From assembly GCA_963787835.1 (NCBI GenBank), contig CAWBEI010000006.1, positions 64,001 to 128,000 on the forward strand: a stretch of 64,000 nt of DNA, given 5' to 3'. Made by a program: the position numbers and the translations under genes. The notes below the pieces were generated by a model. That model searched no databases and had not been told where the DNA came from. It worked only from the letters and a program-made list of their open reading frames with translations. Origin of the DNA: Ignavibacteriota bacterium. GTDB taxonomy: Bacteria > Bacteroidota > Ignavibacteria > Palsa-1295. Below are positions 59,831 to 64,000 of the stretch, piece after piece. The stretch's first letter is position 1, and each line of letters starts with the position of its first letter.

Positions 59831-61150
59831 TTACGTTGCAGGCTGAATGCCTATTTGTTCTTTGAGGGCCACTATTTCTTCTTCATCCAGCACAAGATTT
59901 TCTTTACCAGCGCTTACGCGGTATTCATACGACATTCGCGCGCCGAATCCCATGAAGACGAATAGATATTGTGTGAATACGTAAAAATAAAAAAAGGTGT
60001 TATCGCTGCTACAACTTACCGCAAACATGATAGGCGTCATGATAAGTATTGCTTTGAGCGGAAAATATTGCTTAAATCCACGCCCCCAGAGAAGGCCGCG
60101 AATGAACATATCGGATAGCCCAAGATAGAACAGCCAAAGCCCTATCTTCCCTCCATCGAAGCGAATGCGAAGGTATTCATCATGCGGAGCGCCTACAAGC
60201 GTTACATGTGCCACAAGCCATGCCGCGTATGTTTCGGTCCCACCCGCACCGAAGCCCCAGATTGGACGCTCCTCCGCTTTGTCCTCAAAATATTTCTGGA
60301 AAAAACCCCGGCCACTGTCTCGCATATTCAGGGATTGATCCTCATTCAAGAACTTATTCCGGGTTGGCAGCACAAAGATCAGGCCGATTAACACCGACAT
60401 AAAAACTACGCCAATAATAGTAAAACGTACGTTGCGCCTATAAAGAATTGCGACGAGCGAGCCGACAAGAAAAACGATCGTTGGGGTACGGCTCGCGGAG
60501 AGTAACAGCAATAGCACATCGACCAGATAGAGCGTCATTAATTTCCACTCAAACTTCTCCATCATGCGCATCATTAAGATCGTTCCCATCGTTACATAAA
60601 AGTATGCCGTGACGGTTCTATAGCCAATAACACCTTCGGTCATTGCACCATAAGCCTTGATCGTATTCCACCCGGTCAGAGCCGTATAAAGATCGAAGAC
60701 CGCAACAACAACATTGATCGCCATCATCCATTGGTAATAACGCTTGAGATGATAATCATTTTGAATGACATTAAATGCAACAAGATAGAGCGCAGACGGT
60801 AAAGCGATCTCCAGTACCGTGCGAACACCTGTGGAGAAGTTATCTGTCCAGAGTAACGAAACACAGTAGTATCCCAGGAACAGCCACCATAACTTCGGAG
60901 AATATTTCCATGCACGCTTGCGTTCGGCGGAACTTAGCTGCATCCAGGTAATGATGCACACGGCCATTGGCAATACGCCGCTGAACAGCTCGACCTTTGT
61001 AAATCCAAGATTAATGAAAATGCTCTTGAACCCGAAGATAATATAAAAAATAGGCGTCGCAAAGGACCATAAAATGGTATAAGGCCGCTGCGTCCTTGAG
61101 ATCAATCCCAGGAACGCCAGTAAAAGCCCTATGCCGAATAGATCAGTCAC
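59831..61150 (-). CDS. O-antigen ligase/polymerase (Wzy_C) family protein
   Basis: About 12 TM helices; SASR, SGR, GFGAG and PHDEY motifs. Confidence 0.82.
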   Translation of the reverse strand: MTDLFGIGLLLAFLGLISRTQRPYTILWSFATPIFYIIFGFKSIFINLGFTKVELFSGVLPMAVCIITWMQLSSAERKRAWKYSPKLWWLFLGYYCVSLLWTDNFSTGVRTVLEIALPSALYLVAFNVIQNDYHLKRYYQWMMAINVVVAVFDLYTALTGWNTIKAYGAMTEGVIGYRTVTAYFYVTMGTILMMRMMEKFEWKLMTLYLVDVLLLLLSASRTPTIVFLVGSLVAILYRRNVRFTIIGVVFMSVLIGLIFVLPTRNKFLNEDQSLNMRDSGRGFFQKYFEDKAEERPIWGFGAGGTETYAAWLVAHVTLVGAPHDEYLRIRFDGGKIGLWLFYLGLSDMFIRGLLWGRGFKQYFPLKAILIMTPIMFAVSCSSDNTFFYFYVFTQYLFVFMGFGARMSYEYRVSAGKENLVLDEEEIVALKEQIGIQPAT

Positions 61151-61156
61151 TATCTA

Positions 61157-62326
61157 TCAATTATTGCTGCGCACGAAATGTGCTGGTACACCAACAGCTT
61201 GGCCCTCACGAATTATCCATTCGTAGATTGCCATTTGTGCCTTTGCGATCGTTTCATTCGTGAAACGATCCTTTACTCTGGTTCTACCCATAGATGCCAA
61301 CCGCTGCCGTTCATTTTCATTTGAGTAAAGACGATCAAGATGTACAGCTAGTTGAGATTGGTCGCCTTCATTGAAGATGAGACCTGCATCCCCGATCACA
61401 TTCGGTATTTCACCGGAGGATGATCCGATGAGCGGAATGCCCAACGCCATAGCTTCGAGCAAAATATGTCCGAATTGCTCGACCCATTTCGGAGTAGATC
61501 TGCTTGGCAATACAAGTACATCCATTTTTGAGAGATGGGCTGATAGCTCCTCATTCCGCACTGCTGGATGGTGCAACAATGTAATAGAATGCTCGGATGC
61601 CGCTCGCCTTACTTTTTCGAGAGCATCACCGGCGCCGACAAAATAAAGCAAGACATCACTTTTGTTCTTCATCCCGCTAACCGCGCCCACCAGATCGAGC
61701 ACGCCCTTTTCTTCAGCGATCCGGCCAGCGTACCCGATCGTAAATCGGGTATCCGATCGAGGTGAATCCAAATGAGAAACATGAGTTGGCAGATCGATCC
61801 CTAATTGTGGCAAAACATATATGGGCCGGGTAAAGCCATGCGCCCGAAGTACTTCCTTCGCAGAACTGTTCCCCGCAATGGCAGCACTGGAATGAGCCAG
61901 ATTAAATAATTCCGTCATTTTTTTTATTCCGTGTGGCATATAAGGCAAATTCCACCAGGTAAAAAAAAGTGCGCGCGATGTTGGGCTAATCAATTTGAGC
62001 GCCCATAAAATTTGATAGTACGATAGCGCATACGCTCCCTGCTCCACATGAACAATGTCCGGTTTCAATCGCCGAATCGTACCAACAATGGCTGGCGAAA
62101 AAACATAAGCGCTTTCTTTGCCAATAAACATGGCGCGAATAATATGGTGCGTAACATTCGGAGCTTTCGAAGTATCGAACGCATCGGCTCGATTCGCATA
62201 GAGAGGTCCGCGCCATGCTTGTGGAGTAACGAGCGTGATCTCAACATTCGGGTATAGTGCAAGCGCCGCGATCTTCGCCTGATTGGCGCGAACGGTATAA
62301 GTGTGCCCGACATAGAGTATCTTCAT
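61157..62326 (-). CDS. Glycosyltransferase family 4
   Basis: GRIAEEKG and WVEQFGHILLEAMA motifs. Confidence 0.92.
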   Translation of the reverse strand: MKILYVGHTYTVRANQAKIAALALYPNVEITLVTPQAWRGPLYANRADAFDTSKAPNVTHHIIRAMFIGKESAYVFSPAIVGTIRRLKPDIVHVEQGAYALSYYQILWALKLISPTSRALFFTWWNLPYMPHGIKKMTELFNLAHSSAAIAGNSSAKEVLRAHGFTRPIYVLPQLGIDLPTHVSHLDSPRSDTRFTIGYAGRIAEEKGVLDLVGAVSGMKNKSDVLLYFVGAGDALEKVRRAASEHSITLLHHPAVRNEELSAHLSKMDVLVLPSRSTPKWVEQFGHILLEAMALGIPLIGSSSGEIPNVIGDAGLIFNEGDQSQLAVHLDRLYSNENERQRLASMGRTRVKDRFTNETIAKAQMAIYEWIIREGQAVGVPAHFVRSNN

Positions 62327-62332
62327 TCCTTT

Positions 62333-63334
62333 CTAATCGGCAAAACCAATCTTTGAGATCATGGTTCGTGCACGCGCTTCGTACGTCTCATCACGAACAC
62401 GCTCATACCCTTTCTTCGCGATCTGGGTGGCATGTCCACGATCATTCGCAAATTGCCGAACTTGCATTAGTAGCTCTTCTGGAGTTTCATAGCACTCCAT
62501 CTCCGAACCCTCAACAAACCATTGCGATTGTTCATCCGAACGGGTGGTGAGCATCGCAGTGCGCGTTGCGGGAATTTCGAACGTTCGCATATTGTGGCTG
62601 CCGATATTTTGACCGCGTAAAATGTTGATCGAGCAAGCACCAAGCCCCAGCACGCGCACAGCATCATCGCCATAAACTGCATTGGAGAGGATCCAATCCT
62701 TTGGAACGAACTTCGACCGGTGCCAACCATTGCCGACAATGCGAATTCTGCAACTGCCAAGTTCAGCCAGAAGTTTATCGCGATCTTCGGTGTACGTGCC
62801 GACAAAGATCGCGTCGTAAATCGGATTCGTCTGTTCCGTATTTAATGGATGATGCAATTCCGGATCGTAGGCAAATGGAAGGTACTCTACATTGTTAGCG
62901 CCGGCAGTTTTGAATTGTTCAATGAGCTGCTTATTCCATGTAAAATGAAAATCATAGACCGGGATGCTTTGAAGCAGGCGAATGGAACGGTTTGCGGGAT
63001 CCCATGGGCTATCAGGGTTAAAATTTACCAACATCCGATCACGAAGAATTTGTTTGGCGGTACTTAGTGTATCTGGTGCGATCGTTCTCCCTTTTATCAC
63101 CAAAACTATATCAGGATTTGCATCCTCGATCGCTGCATTGAACCACTTGCCTACGCGGTCAGCAATTCTCGATCTCAAAAGCTTATTGGTTAACGCGGTG
63201 AGGGCAAGTGGATGGTTATTCTGGTGCTTCTCCCAATCGAAACGAACAACGCTCCATCCGATCGATTCGAACGCTCTGGCATAGCTCTCTTCAAGCGAGC
63301 CATGCCAAAAAGCTCCAGCGATCAGCACCTTCAT
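62333..63334 (-). CDS. CgeB-like glycosyltransferase
   Basis: YLPFAYDP, FVGT and HNMRTFEIPA motifs; ATGA overlap with the upstream gene. Confidence 0.85.
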   Translation of the reverse strand: MKVLIAGAFWHGSLEESYARAFESIGWSVVRFDWEKHQNNHPLALTALTNKLLRSRIADRVGKWFNAAIEDANPDIVLVIKGRTIAPDTLSTAKQILRDRMLVNFNPDSPWDPANRSIRLLQSIPVYDFHFTWNKQLIEQFKTAGANNVEYLPFAYDPELHHPLNTEQTNPIYDAIFVGTYTEDRDKLLAELGSCRIRIVGNGWHRSKFVPKDWILSNAVYGDDAVRVLGLGACSINILRGQNIGSHNMRTFEIPATRTAMLTTRSDEQSQWFVEGSEMECYETPEELLMQVRQFANDRGHATQIAKKGYERVRDETYEARARTMISKIGFAD

Positions 63335-64000
63335 TGCAACTCCCCTTCCGGTTTGCGCACCCAAAGGATGATATCCGGCGCGAAGAGGCCCGGCGCCACG
63401 TCTTCGAGAAAGCCCAAACGCAATGCTCGCGGCAACCGTCTGCGCAGAAACGATGATGCATGCTGCGTTGCATATCCCCCGAACGCATCGAGTCCATCGA
63501 AAATGGAGGAGTCCCCATTCGAGCGAATAGATTCCACTTTGAAACCACTAACCTCGAACAATCTGGTGAACGATCTCAAATTATAAAAGCGGATATGTGC
63601 GCCCTTCCATTCATTCGAAAGGTCTGAAATAGAAGTAGATAGTTCCGCGCGAGTCACTGCGCGCAATCGCTCCCTGAAATATCCGCTGTTAGGCACGCTC
63701 GCAATAAGTAACCCTCCGGGTTTTAACACTCGGAAGATCTCGCTCACTGTGAATTTCGGATCGTAGAGATGTTCAAGCACCTCGATACAAACTGCGCCAT
63801 CAAATGTATTTTTCTCGAATGGAAACGGCTGGGAAAGATCGTGAACCCTTGCATCGATACCCATTTGCGTGGCTCGCGCAATGCCGGTGGTACTGATATC
63901 GATTGCTTTTAGATCACGCACCTGCTTGACGAGCCAGGCCTGATAGTTCGAGGCATCGCCACAACCGACATCCAGCACCGAAGCGCTCTCCTGAAATGCA
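63331..64000 (-). CDS. Class I SAM-dependent methyltransferase, 5'-partial
   Basis: LDVGCG, EVLEHL and VLKPGG motifs; frame is open to the window edge. Confidence 0.9.
   Translation of the reverse strand, partial: AFQESASVLDVGCGDASNYQAWLVKQVRDLKAIDISTTGIARATQMGIDARVHDLSQPFPFEKNTFDGAVCIEVLEHLYDPKFTVSEIFRVLKPGGLLIASVPNSGYFRERLRAVTRAELSTSISDLSNEWKGAHIRFYNLRSFTRLFEVSGFKVESIRSNGDSSIFDGLDAFGGYATQHASSFLRRRLPRALRLGFLEDVAPGLFAPDIILWVRKPEGELQ

Overview
This is a core-chromosome segment of an FCB-group bacterium, probably Bacteroidota sensu lato (Kapabacteria/Ignavibacteria-like). That placement is inferred from four T9SS type-A C-terminal-domain proteins, TAnnTTTG promoter motifs, an efp-accB-accC-gcvH cluster and an EF-P TPGNLR loop. 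Housekeeping content includes nadB, agmatinase, hemH-hisN-hemY-hemB-hemL, guaA, phoU/pstB/phoBR, secD/secF, def, three tRNAs and part of a surface-polysaccharide locus running off the window end. The most striking unexplained structure is non-coding. (1) All three tRNA genes are preceded by a 7-nt-periodic tract ending AATTGA exactly 5 nt before G1. (2) A free-standing tRNA-Ile/tRNA-Ala pair without rRNA encloses a decayed four-helix-bundle (23S-IVP/Avd-like) gene between 27-bp heptamer-based inverted repeats. (3) A promoter- and terminator-bounded ~200-nt rod-shaped ncRNA candidate lies next to it. Also present: an ECF sigma with a putative dual-membrane-spanning anti-sigma, a RAYT with REP flanks, several other palindromic repeat families, and a toxin-antitoxin cassette inserted with a duplicated gene end. 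Three otherwise intact enzymes carry single lesions and two genes lack a canonical start, so local assembly errors are likely. All calls are by eye from motifs; no database search was run.
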